Positions 1-7,887 of a DNA stretch of 18,897 bases are shown here, piece by piece. The translations under genes were made by a program, and so were the position numbers. The DNA is from Promethearchaeota archaeon (lineage in GTDB: Archaea; Asgardarchaeota; Lokiarchaeia; Sigyniarchaeales; SOKP01), in the NCBI GenBank assembly GCA_019058365.1, contig JAHPZE010000045.1:5102-23998 (forward strand), given 5' to 3'. The notes under the pieces are model-generated. The model did not search any database. It was not told where the DNA came from and saw only the letters and a program-made list of their open reading frames with translations. Each line of letters starts with the position of its first letter. Position 1 is the stretch's first letter.

Positions 1-1
1 T

Positions 2-1606
2 TTAGCACCTTTATTAGTAGTCAATTCACCTACAAATAATTCTTATTGGAATTCAAGACCGATTTTAAATGTAATCGCATATGATCCAAATTTACTTTCT
101 ATTAGTTATAAGGTAAAGGATTTTCCTCTATTACCCTTATCAAACGGTACAGATAATCTATTTAATGAATATATATGGGATTTTAATTTATCACAAGGGA
201 TGTTTATTATAGAAATTTTTGCAGAGGATTCTCTTGGCAATATAAATGATTCAATCAAACTGACTTTATATAAAGATACAATCAAACCATTGATAATTAT
301 TGATTCACCTCATCCAAATGATCTTTTTGGAAGTATAGCTCCTGATTTTAATGTTTCTGTTATTGAAAGCCATCTAAATTCCACTTGGTATAATCTTATT
401 GGGGAATTGGTAAACATTAAATTTACCGGATCCACAGGCACAATTAACCAAACAATTTGGAATAAATTTGGAAATGGAACTGTTACAATAAGGTTTTATG
501 CTAACGATATCGCCGGAAATCTTTTTTATAAGGCTATAACTGTTAGAAAAGACATCTACCCTCCAACTATTACTATAAATTCTCCAGGAAATGATGAATT
601 ATTTGGCATTAATGCCCCTAATTTTATAATAAATATATCTGGACCAGAAATTCAAGCAACATGGTATACACTAAACAATGATTTAACGAATTTTACATTT
701 GTGGGATTAAATGGAACAATAAATCAAGTCGAATGGGATAGCTACGGTTATGGAATAGTTACAATAAGGTTTTATATCAATAATTCACTAGGTAAAATTG
801 GATGTGATGAGGTAGTTGTAAGAAAAGATCCAGATTCACCAATAATAATAATCAATACTCCTCTTAATCAAACCTTTTTTACTTCAGCACCATTTATAAA
901 CCTTACAATTGTAGAACCTAACTTACATTCGGTTTGGTATAGTGTTAATGATATGATAATAGACTTGACAGGTAATTTAACCCAATATCTAGACCCTTTT
1001 ATATGGAGAAGTTTGCCTGAAGGAACTTTTATTTTAGAACTTTTTGCAGATGATACTTTAGGAAATCTTAACAATCTAATTCAACTATATCTATCAAAAG
1101 ATACTATTGGGCCTAATATCACCATAATTTTACCAAATGAAAATCAAAAGGTTGATAGAAATGCACCTTTTTTCGAACTCATTCTTTTTGATGTAAATGA
1201 TATAGATATTAGTTGGTATACAATTGATGGTGGAAATACTTCTATACAATTTGCGGGTACGATAGGTAGAATTAATCAGGATCTATGGGAATTTATTTGG
1301 GACAATAAGACACAAGGATCTATAATTGCAATTAGATTTTACTCTATGGATATGCTTGGAAATGTAAATCATACAGATGTAAATGTAATAAAATATCAAC
1401 CTATGCCTCAGCTGAAAATCTTATCTAATCCTACAGGTTTTATTTTCTCAACTATAGGTTTAGGTTTAATGGCTCCTATATCCTTAAAGTTAACAAAAAG
1501 TCAATATTATCAAAATTTAAACAAGAAGGAAAAGAGTACGTTAAAAAAAGTTTTGATAGCTGCTTCTCTCTTATTATCTGTTACAGTATTCTTCTATATT
1601 TTTTAA
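2..1606 (+). CDS. 5'-truncated large cell-surface glycoprotein with ~92-aa Ig-like beta repeats and C-terminal two-helix membrane anchor
   Basis: Frame is open from base 2 (LAPLLVVNSPTNNSYWNSRP...) into the ORF listed at 200, so the real start lies outside the window. Repeat junctions KDTIKPLIIIDSP / KDIYPPTITINSP / KDPDSPIIIINTP / KDTIGPNITIILP; more than ten N-x-S/T sequons; two hydrophobic C-terminal segments separated by a Lys-rich loop. Confidence 0.85.
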   Translation, partial: LAPLLVVNSPTNNSYWNSRPILNVIAYDPNLLSISYKVKDFPLLPLSNGTDNLFNEYIWDFNLSQGMFIIEIFAEDSLGNINDSIKLTLYKDTIKPLIIIDSPHPNDLFGSIAPDFNVSVIESHLNSTWYNLIGELVNIKFTGSTGTINQTIWNKFGNGTVTIRFYANDIAGNLFYKAITVRKDIYPPTITINSPGNDELFGINAPNFIINISGPEIQATWYTLNNDLTNFTFVGLNGTINQVEWDSYGYGIVTIRFYINNSLGKIGCDEVVVRKDPDSPIIIINTPLNQTFFTSAPFINLTIVEPNLHSVWYSVNDMIIDLTGNLTQYLDPFIWRSLPEGTFILELFADDTLGNLNNLIQLYLSKDTIGPNITIILPNENQKVDRNAPFFELILFDVNDIDISWYTIDGGNTSIQFAGTIGRINQDLWEFIWDNKTQGSIIAIRFYSMDMLGNVNHTDVNVIKYQPMPQLKILSNPTGFIFSTIGLGLMAPISLKLTKSQYYQNLNKKEKSTLKKVLIAASLLLSVTVFFYIF

Positions 1607-1647
1607 AATCTCTATTATTTTTTACCAAAATTTTTAAGATTTTTATT

Positions 1648-2628
1648 TTATTCTCTCTTTTGTTTTGAATGTTTTAGAATAAGTTGTAATTCATAGAAAT
1701 CTAACTTTTTCCCTGCCTTCTGCTTATCTAATGCATTTGCTAATTTTTCTTGTTCTAATCTTTTACATTTTTTTTTCTTTTTAATAATAGCCTTAACATT
1801 AGGTGTTTTTATTTCCCTTGGCCGCTCTTTACTTTCTGTTCTATTTGATAATTCATTTAATAACATTTTTTTATTTTTGCTCATCAATTTTAAGAAAAGT
1901 TGGTGGTACTCTTCTGCGATAGTTTTATTTTTTATTAATTCATGTACTATTTCATTTTTAATATATTCAAACTCTCTTGTCTTTCTATATAGATCAAGCA
2001 TTTTCTTATGAGTCATTAGCCTTTTATTATACAATTTAATCAAATTTTCGTAAATTTCTTTCAAATTCTTTTCAAGCGTTTCAATTCTTATTTGAGTTTT
2101 ATAGTATTCATTAGTCTGCAAGTTTTTAGCTTTTCTTTGCTCCAATTTTGCCAATTCAGTAATTCTTTTTTGTTTATTTTTTTCTAATTCCCTAACTTCT
2201 TCTATAATCTCATTTTCTTCATCAATATCTAATATTTGTTCTTCAAGTTTTTCGTTCATAATATTAATTTTATTCTCTATATCTTCAATAGATCGTTTAA
2301 TGTAATCAATTGAGACTGAAATGTCAGTATTTAATCTTGGTTTTTTGAGAGTGCTTATTTTTTTAGTGAGATGATTCCATAGTCGTTCATATTCAGTTTT
2401 TTGTCTTTTTAATTTTTCTAATTTAAAATTATATTCATCTCGTTTTTCATTATAAAACTCTCTAGCATCAAATAACAATCTGTAGATTTCAGAATCAATG
2501 TTCTGCAAACTGAGAATATAATTCTTGAGTTTGCTATTCAGTTGATCTCTCTCAAGCACAAATTCTTTAACCTTTTTTTGCGCATTTTTTATGTAATTGC
2601 AAAAATTGTATTTTTCTTTATCATTCAT
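1648..2628 (-). CDS. Archaeal long coiled-coil protein (COG1340-like)
   Basis: E/K/L-rich heptad-like sequence throughout; C-terminal ALDKQKAGKKLDFYELQLIL resembles the conserved end of this archaeal family. Confidence 0.7.
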   Translation of the reverse strand: MNDKEKYNFCNYIKNAQKKVKEFVLERDQLNSKLKNYILSLQNIDSEIYRLLFDAREFYNEKRDEYNFKLEKLKRQKTEYERLWNHLTKKISTLKKPRLNTDISVSIDYIKRSIEDIENKINIMNEKLEEQILDIDEENEIIEEVRELEKNKQKRITELAKLEQRKAKNLQTNEYYKTQIRIETLEKNLKEIYENLIKLYNKRLMTHKKMLDLYRKTREFEYIKNEIVHELIKNKTIAEEYHQLFLKLMSKNKKMLLNELSNRTESKERPREIKTPNVKAIIKKKKKCKRLEQEKLANALDKQKAGKKLDFYELQLILKHSKQKRE

Positions 2629-2812
2629 TTAAAAAATTACTTTTACTTAATTCATTATCTTTTAAAATAACACTGAATCATTGATTTTCTTCATAGAATA
2701 CCATTAATTAATTATTTACTATCACTTAAATTTATTTATATATACTAAAATTAGTTATTAAAAATTCAAGATAAAAATAATTCTGATAATCTAAATGCAT
2801 AAGTTAATAGAT

Positions 2813-2880
2813 AAAAAAAAAGAGAGATTTTTTATATTCCAAAAAATCTCGAAAAAGATTGATATACAATCTTATCAATC
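2813..2880 (-). terminator. Two stem-loops followed by a poly-T run downstream of the 2908..3636 gene
   Basis: Inverted repeats GAGATTTTTT(2824-2833)/AAAAAATCTC(2841-2850) and GATTGATA(2857-2864)/TATCAATC(2873-2880); A-run at 2813-2821 reads as a T-run on the minus strand. Confidence 0.5.
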
Positions 2881-2907
2881 CTATATTGTGGGCAACTGAC
2901 GAAGAAA

Positions 2908-3636
2908 CTATATTGTTTCTATTCGGGAGTTGGGGGAATCCGGAAACAAAATTTTTTGTGACAATATTAACTCGAAGCGTTGGTATTGTTCACCACATCC
3001 GTACCAGTGGGTACTAATTTGAATATCAACTAATTTATTTAGAGTTTCAGTACCGCAAACATCTTTTATGAGATTCCAGCCAGCTGGAATGTCTGGGAAA
3101 TGGTTGCTGTCAAGTGAAATACACGGACCACACACATCAAACGTGATATTATAAATAGTATAACAACATCCAGTTTCTATTATATCGTGAACTAAATTAA
3201 TTCTTCCAACAAATTCTTTGGTATCTTTACCACCCCAATTATCTTGGTATAAATCTATATACCATCCATCATAAGGATGATAACCACCAGTGACTTTAAT
3301 AGTAACCCAATAAGGATCTAAAAGATCGTCGGTTATACATAGAGGTAGTACTTGCCAATCTGGACTTTTATCCTCTACTATTTCGATCTTTCCTGTTTCG
3401 GTGTCAACACCAGTAATCAACTTTCCTTGAGCTACTGCCACGATTTCTTTATTTCCGGAAGAATCTTCTATCAAGTTTGATGAATTATTACTATTTGGTA
3501 AATAGTAATCATCCTGCTTAACTCTATACTGACCCCCACAATCAAACGCAAATACAACGCAAATAGCAAATACTGTTATTACCAGAATCCCAACAATAAG
3601 TTTAGATTGACGATGTTCCATCGTATCTATTTTCAT
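2908..3636 (-). CDS. Hypothetical exported/membrane-anchored Cys-rich protein
   Basis: 242-aa ORF; N-terminal hydrophobic segment LIVGILVITVFAICVVFAF, Ser/Asn linker, then a beta-rich-looking region; 9 Cys in the whole protein. Confidence 0.75.
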   Translation of the reverse strand: MKIDTMEHRQSKLIVGILVITVFAICVVFAFDCGGQYRVKQDDYYLPNSNNSSNLIEDSSGNKEIVAVAQGKLITGVDTETGKIEIVEDKSPDWQVLPLCITDDLLDPYWVTIKVTGGYHPYDGWYIDLYQDNWGGKDTKEFVGRINLVHDIIETGCCYTIYNITFDVCGPCISLDSNHFPDIPAGWNLIKDVCGTETLNKLVDIQISTHWYGCGEQYQRFELILSQKILFPDSPNSRIETI

Positions 3637-3876
3637 TGCCCTTTTTCACATTCTTACTTTGCAAATCACCTTGCGTTTACTGAATTTGCTATAATATATT
3701 TTACTTCAAATATTTATAAATTTTTTGCATCTATAAGACTTTAATATAAATTAACTTTCCAAATCAAAGAATCATTATTCATTAAATTTTTATTATCTAT
3801 TTTGTTAGAATGCATTGATTAAGTTTAAAAAAAATTGAATATCTATACTTATAAGTAATAAATTCAATATTATTAG

Positions 3877-5880
3877 GTGATTAATATAACATCTATTATG
3901 CAGGTTGCTAATAGTATCGGAAAATCAATCGCAGAAAGTATGAATAAGATAGGAATTGACTCAGTAGAAAAACTAGCTTCTTCCAGTATAGAAAATTTAT
4001 TAGCTATAGATGGTATTGATGTTTTAAAAGCTAAAAATTATATCCAGCTGGCACAGAGGTATATTGAAAGATTAAACGCAAAAAATAAAATATATTCTTT
4101 GATTAATAAAGCAGGATCATCCAATGCTTCAAAGTCAATGGATCTCCTAAACAATGCAAAACCAGACGTCAAGAATAGTAATTCTAAAGCCCCAATTAGC
4201 TCAATAAAAAAACTAGCTTCTTCAAGTATCGATGAATTATCCAAAACAAAAGGTATGAGTGCTCCAGAAGCACAAAGGTATATTGAGATTGCAAAAAAGT
4301 ATCTAGAAAATATGAGGAAAGAAGAAATAGCTTCTAATGAATTAAGATCAGGATCAATATCACAAAAACAAGCTTTGGGTTTCATAAAATTTAGTGATAA
4401 TATATATACAAAAAACTTAGAAAAGTCAATACCACCTAAGCAAAAGGAAGGTTCATATTTAGAAAAACCTCACTTTGACATTAAATCAATTAAAAAACAA
4501 AAACTTGATGAAAAATTAATCAAAAAAGCAATATACGAAAAACCTGTAAAAGTAAAGCCAGTAAAAGCAGATGTAAAAAAACAACCTTCATTAAAAACAT
4601 TTTTTAGTCCCGAAACAATGCAAAAAATTCGGTTTTTACACTTTAAAATTAAAAAGTTGGAACAATTATTAGCAAGAAATGAAGACTTTGCCTTCTCTGA
4701 GCTAAACAATGTAATAGATTATATAAAAATTCTTAATATCAATTATAAAACCCAAAGTCAAATCAAGATCTTTAAAGAATTAGAAATTACCACCTCATTT
4801 TATGATCCTATTGCGAGAAGAGAGATTAAAATATGGGATTTAATTTTTGAGTGTTCAAGAGTGTTATGGATTTCAGCACAAGCATATTCTTATCTTTCCA
4901 CCAAATTCGAAGCAGAAAATTTAATGGAAAATGCGATAGTCACAATGGTAGAGTGTAGTAAGATGTACAAAACTGCAGCATATTTTAGTGCGGCATGTAC
5001 TCGACAAGAAGATAAAGGATTCGCATTATCTGTTGAAAATCTTGAAATGAATTCAGAAGAATCTCGTATAAGTGCTCAAAATTTAGCCCTTATAAGTGAA
5101 GAAAATAAAGAAAATTTTACAATGGCGGCTAATTTATCTGCAGGGTTAAGTGCACTAACTAAGAGAATGGCGTTTTTAAAAAAATATGATAATAAAAAGG
5201 AAAAACAATTTAAAGCTCAGTATAATTATGATATGGGCCGAGCTTGTTATTTGAAATCTAAATCTTTATTAAAAATGTTAGAAAAAGGTGAAAATAAAGA
5301 ACAGATTGAAAATTTACAGAAAAAAGCAAATTATTATTATATTAAAGCTGAAGAAATATGGGAAATCATATTACATAAATCTGAAAAATTAACTGATCAT
5401 GAAAGAGACGCTATAAGAACTAATTTATCAATAGTAAATGAAAATATCATAGAAAATGATGTTGAGATAATAAATGATAAAGAAGCTTTAGAGATACAAG
5501 ATCCTGAACCTCTCATAATAGTCCCAGAAAATTTAGCACCCTTTATTCCAAGAACTACCAATTTTTTGGCGAAATACCAACAAACAGATCTTAATTTCGA
5601 TGCCTACAAACGTTATAAAAATATAATGTCAGATGTTTTCATTAATTTCAATAAAATCGAGGAATTACAAAATAATAAAGCAGGTATTGGTCGAACTTTA
5701 AAACAATTGAAAATTTTGTATGAGAATAACGATATTGATATAAATAGTTTTACTGAACTCTATGAAAAATATGCAATAAAACTTGAAACAATTGAGAATG
5801 CAATTCAAAACCTAAAGAATCCTGAAAATAAAATTAAAGTAAAAGAAGAGCATAAAGAAATTCTTAAATCAATAATGTAG
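3877..5880 (+). CDS. Helix-hairpin-helix repeat protein (RadA N-terminal-like HhH x2) with large alpha-helical/TPR-like C-terminal region
   Basis: SIGKSIAESMNKIGIDSVEKLASSSIENLLAIDGIDVLKAKNYI and ISSIKKLASSSIDELSKTKGMSAPEAQRYI; Lys/Pro linker; Ala/Tyr-patterned helices. Start may be GTG 3877 or ATG 3898. Confidence 0.75.
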   Translation: MINITSIMQVANSIGKSIAESMNKIGIDSVEKLASSSIENLLAIDGIDVLKAKNYIQLAQRYIERLNAKNKIYSLINKAGSSNASKSMDLLNNAKPDVKNSNSKAPISSIKKLASSSIDELSKTKGMSAPEAQRYIEIAKKYLENMRKEEIASNELRSGSISQKQALGFIKFSDNIYTKNLEKSIPPKQKEGSYLEKPHFDIKSIKKQKLDEKLIKKAIYEKPVKVKPVKADVKKQPSLKTFFSPETMQKIRFLHFKIKKLEQLLARNEDFAFSELNNVIDYIKILNINYKTQSQIKIFKELEITTSFYDPIARREIKIWDLIFECSRVLWISAQAYSYLSTKFEAENLMENAIVTMVECSKMYKTAAYFSAACTRQEDKGFALSVENLEMNSEESRISAQNLALISEENKENFTMAANLSAGLSALTKRMAFLKKYDNKKEKQFKAQYNYDMGRACYLKSKSLLKMLEKGENKEQIENLQKKANYYYIKAEEIWEIILHKSEKLTDHERDAIRTNLSIVNENIIENDVEIINDKEALEIQDPEPLIIVPENLAPFIPRTTNFLAKYQQTDLNFDAYKRYKNIMSDVFINFNKIEELQNNKAGIGRTLKQLKILYENNDIDINSFTELYEKYAIKLETIENAIQNLKNPENKIKVKEEHKEILKSIM

Positions 5881-5893
5881 CATAGAATATTAT

Positions 5894-6430
5894 ATGTCTA
5901 ACAGAAAATATTATCAATGGCATAATACTATTTTAAAATTGAAAGATATTGTTAAGAAGATTGTTTTCTATCTAATATTAGGAATAATAATTTTAATCTT
6001 TATCTTTAACCAAATATTAGCAATAGGGTTAGCAGGTCTTTTTTTCATTATATATCTAGTTTACTATTTAATCACTCTTTCTTTTAAAAGAAGACTTCTA
6101 AGATTAGTGCAAGAATATTCTATTATAAGTGACATAGAAATTGCAGACAAGTTAAGAAAACCTATAGATGATATTAGAAAGAAGTTATCGTCATTATCTA
6201 AAAATCAGAAAAAGAAAAAATGGTTAATAGTGTTTTTGAATAAACGTTATATCTTTTTAAATGAAAATGGGGTTGAGAATTTCACCCAATTATATGAACA
6301 AGGATATAATGAAAAAAAAATTCTAGAAAATTTGCAACAAAAAATGAATATAAAATCTAGAGCTGAGGTTAAAGCTATTGAAATAACATTAGCTAATCAT
6401 AATAGACTTATCAAAAGAGGAGAAATTTAA
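5894..6430 (+). CDS. Membrane protein with two N-terminal TM helices and a probable winged-helix/HTH cytoplasmic domain
   Basis: Hydrophobic hairpin at about aa 23-62; ISDIEIADKLRKPIDDIRKKLSSL is HTH-like; 13 nt downstream of the previous gene. Confidence 0.65.
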   Translation: MSNRKYYQWHNTILKLKDIVKKIVFYLILGIIILIFIFNQILAIGLAGLFFIIYLVYYLITLSFKRRLLRLVQEYSIISDIEIADKLRKPIDDIRKKLSSLSKNQKKKKWLIVFLNKRYIFLNENGVENFTQLYEQGYNEKKILENLQQKMNIKSRAEVKAIEITLANHNRLIKRGEI

Positions 6431-6595
6431 TCTTTTACTATTCACTCTTCATTTGGTTACAAGTGGAAAGGAATAAGGTTAAAGAATGAGATTTATATCG
6501 TAAGTTTGATTTGAAGGAGTTTCAAAAATATTCAAGATTTTTACATATTGAAATAAGAATGCCGGTGGAGGGATTTGAGCCCTCGAACCTCCAGA

Positions 6596-6628
6596 ATACA
6601 TCCAGTCTGACCCATTTTTTCAGTAGGA
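6596..6628 (-). other. tRNA-Met intron 2 (33 nt, anticodon loop, best fit 38/39; 37/38 possible)
   Basis: Relaxed BHB: (T)CAT/ATG(T) helix, bulges AA^T and AT^T, inner CC/GG and CTGA/TCAG stems; removal restores the loop CTCATAA. Confidence 0.7.
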
Positions 6629-6643
6629 TTATGAGTCTGGCGC

Positions 6644-6673
6644 CTATTAAACATAAGACTATTTCAAATGCTT
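6644..6673 (-). other. tRNA-Met intron 1 (30 nt, D-arm, about position 23/24)
   Basis: BHB geometry: central helix GTTA/TAAT, bulges TA^A and AG^G, inner helix AGCAT/ATGTT. Confidence 0.7.
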
Positions 6674-6713
6674 TATAACCAGCTAAGCCACACCGGCGCT
6701 TTTATTCCAATGA

Positions 6714-6816
6714 AGCCTCAAGGGGGCTTATCCTTTTCGAGCTAAATGCTCTCATATTATGATCCCCCGACCTTTGCCTTACCAAGGCAACGCTCTACCA
6801 GCTGAGCTATTGAGGC
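6714..6816 (-). tRNA. tRNA-Thr(GGT) with T-loop intron
   Basis: Minus strand: GCCTCAA TA GCTC AGCTGGTA GAGC G TTGCC TTGGTAA GGCAA AGGTC GGGGG ATCATA[30 nt]G CCCCC TTGAGGC T. All four stems pair perfectly. Confidence 0.92.
6728..6757 (-). other. tRNA-Thr intron (30 nt, T-loop, about position 59/60)
   Basis: Outer helix GGGGG/CCCCC, central ATC(A)/(G)GAT, bulges TA^A and AA^G, inner GAGC/GCTC hairpin. Confidence 0.72.
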
Positions 6817-7012
6817 ACTTTTTTTTTAAATCCTATGCTACTAACATTAAATTATTGCTAAATTAAAAATTTTTTTACATGTTTAGGTTTGTATTAATTC
6901 CAAGGATTTTAATTTGATTTTTTAAGAGATTATTATTTAGTTAAACCAACTTTAAATCCAATATAATAAAAAAAAAAGAAGATTTGAGATACTATAAAGA
7001 TTTGATTAATAA

Positions 7013-7684
7013 TTAAGCCAGAAATAATGCGCCTAAAGTAATGTAGAATTGCGCCATTACATAAGTAGTCATGATGATAAATCGTGCGTTGGTAAATTCT
7101 CCAGCCCATTTATCTACGGCTATTGAAGAATCTGAAAAAATGAAAGATATAGAGCCAACATAAATCAGAATTGATGCTAATCCTTGAATTGTTGAAAGGC
7201 GTACTAGAGCTGCGATATGCATTAATAAAATAGCACCCATATAGACTAATACGGGAATTTTCATATCTTCGGTTTTGTTCAGGAATCTTGGTACCGTAAA
7301 AATTAGAATTAAGATTGCTGGTCCGAGTAAAAACAATCCCCCTGGATTAAATGTTGTATAATCAGTTATAGAGAAGAAGAACGCTAGAATATAGAAGATT
7401 TGGTTAATTAGGAAAGCACCCATTCCAAATAAAAACCATTTCTCTTCATTTTTAAGCATTAAGAAGATATCTCCAGCACAACCGCCGATTAACGCAACTA
7501 CAATCAACCAATCAACATTAGTAATTGAGGATATATCAATTACTCCAAAAATATAAAATAGTATCAGCATAGGCATTAAAAGTGGTTTAGTAATATAGAT
7601 GATTTTATCATTATCCTTATATTCACCAAACACTTCGATTATAATAAAAATAAAGAACAAAGCAAGAAAGATGTATTCAATCAT
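7013..7684 (-). CDS. yhhN: YhhN/TMEM86 family lysoplasmalogenase-like membrane protein
   Basis: Multi-TM protein with family motifs TKPLLMP, AGDIFL, FLFGMGAFL, FIFSDSSIA, IMTTYVMAQ. Confidence 0.88.
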   Translation of the reverse strand: MIEYIFLALFFIFIIIEVFGEYKDNDKIIYITKPLLMPMLILFYIFGVIDISSITNVDWLIVVALIGGCAGDIFLMLKNEEKWFLFGMGAFLINQIFYILAFFFSITDYTTFNPGGLFLLGPAILILIFTVPRFLNKTEDMKIPVLVYMGAILLMHIAALVRLSTIQGLASILIYVGSISFIFSDSSIAVDKWAGEFTNARFIIMTTYVMAQFYITLGALFLA

Positions 7685-7793
7685 AGTTTTTCACTAAAGA
7701 GATGTGTAAATTAATGATATTCTATTAATTAAAACAAGTATAAATAATTTTGGAATAAGGATCTACAGATTTGTGATTTCAATTTACTTCATG

Positions 7794-7860
7794 GAAAAAA
7801 AGATTTATAAATAAAGTTAGATTGTTCTAGATCGAACGATTTTGTTCTAGATCGAACAAA
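7794..7860 (+). promoter_or_regulatory. BRE/TATA promoter with tandem palindromic operator (probable MarR site)
   Basis: Purine-rich run then TTTATAAA (7804-7811); two exact copies of TTGTTCTAGATCGAAC (7822-7837, 7842-7857), each with a GTTC-N6-GAAC dyad. Confidence 0.75.
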
Positions 7861-7887
7861 AAAATCTAAAATTTAAGGTAATTAAAT

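Larger units (their letters stand above)
6560..6697 (-). tRNA. tRNA-Met(CAT), probably elongator, with two introns
   Basis: Minus strand: GCCGGTG TG GCTT AGCTGGTTA TA[30 nt]GC G CCAGA CTCATAA[33 nt]TCTGG AGGTTC GAGGG CTCAAAT CCCTC CACCGGC A. Perfect acceptor, anticodon and T stems. G1-C72 and no triple G-C anticodon stem argue against initiator; Ile2 not excluded. CCA not encoded. Confidence 0.88.

Noticed and set aside
1648-2628. SMC/Rad50, ESCRT-III or phosphoserine phosphatase
   Set aside because: No ATPase, hinge, zinc-hook or HAD motifs; only coiled coil with a COG1340-like end.
2881-2910. TAG readthrough (pyrrolysine) with downstream hairpins
   Set aside because: Another in-frame TAG follows after 8 codons; no supporting context.
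3877-5880. RadA/Rad51 recombinase
   Set aside because: Only the HhH-like N-terminus is similar; no Walker A/B ATPase core.
6596-6628. C/D guide RNA inside Met intron 2 (contains CTGA)
   Set aside because: Only 33 nt, no proper box C, and the CTGA is paired with TCAG.
6560-6816. tRNA 3' ends as integration sites for an island
   Set aside because: No duplicated tRNA 3' fragment, integrase or transposase seen in the window; the 17185 hairpin does not match either tRNA.
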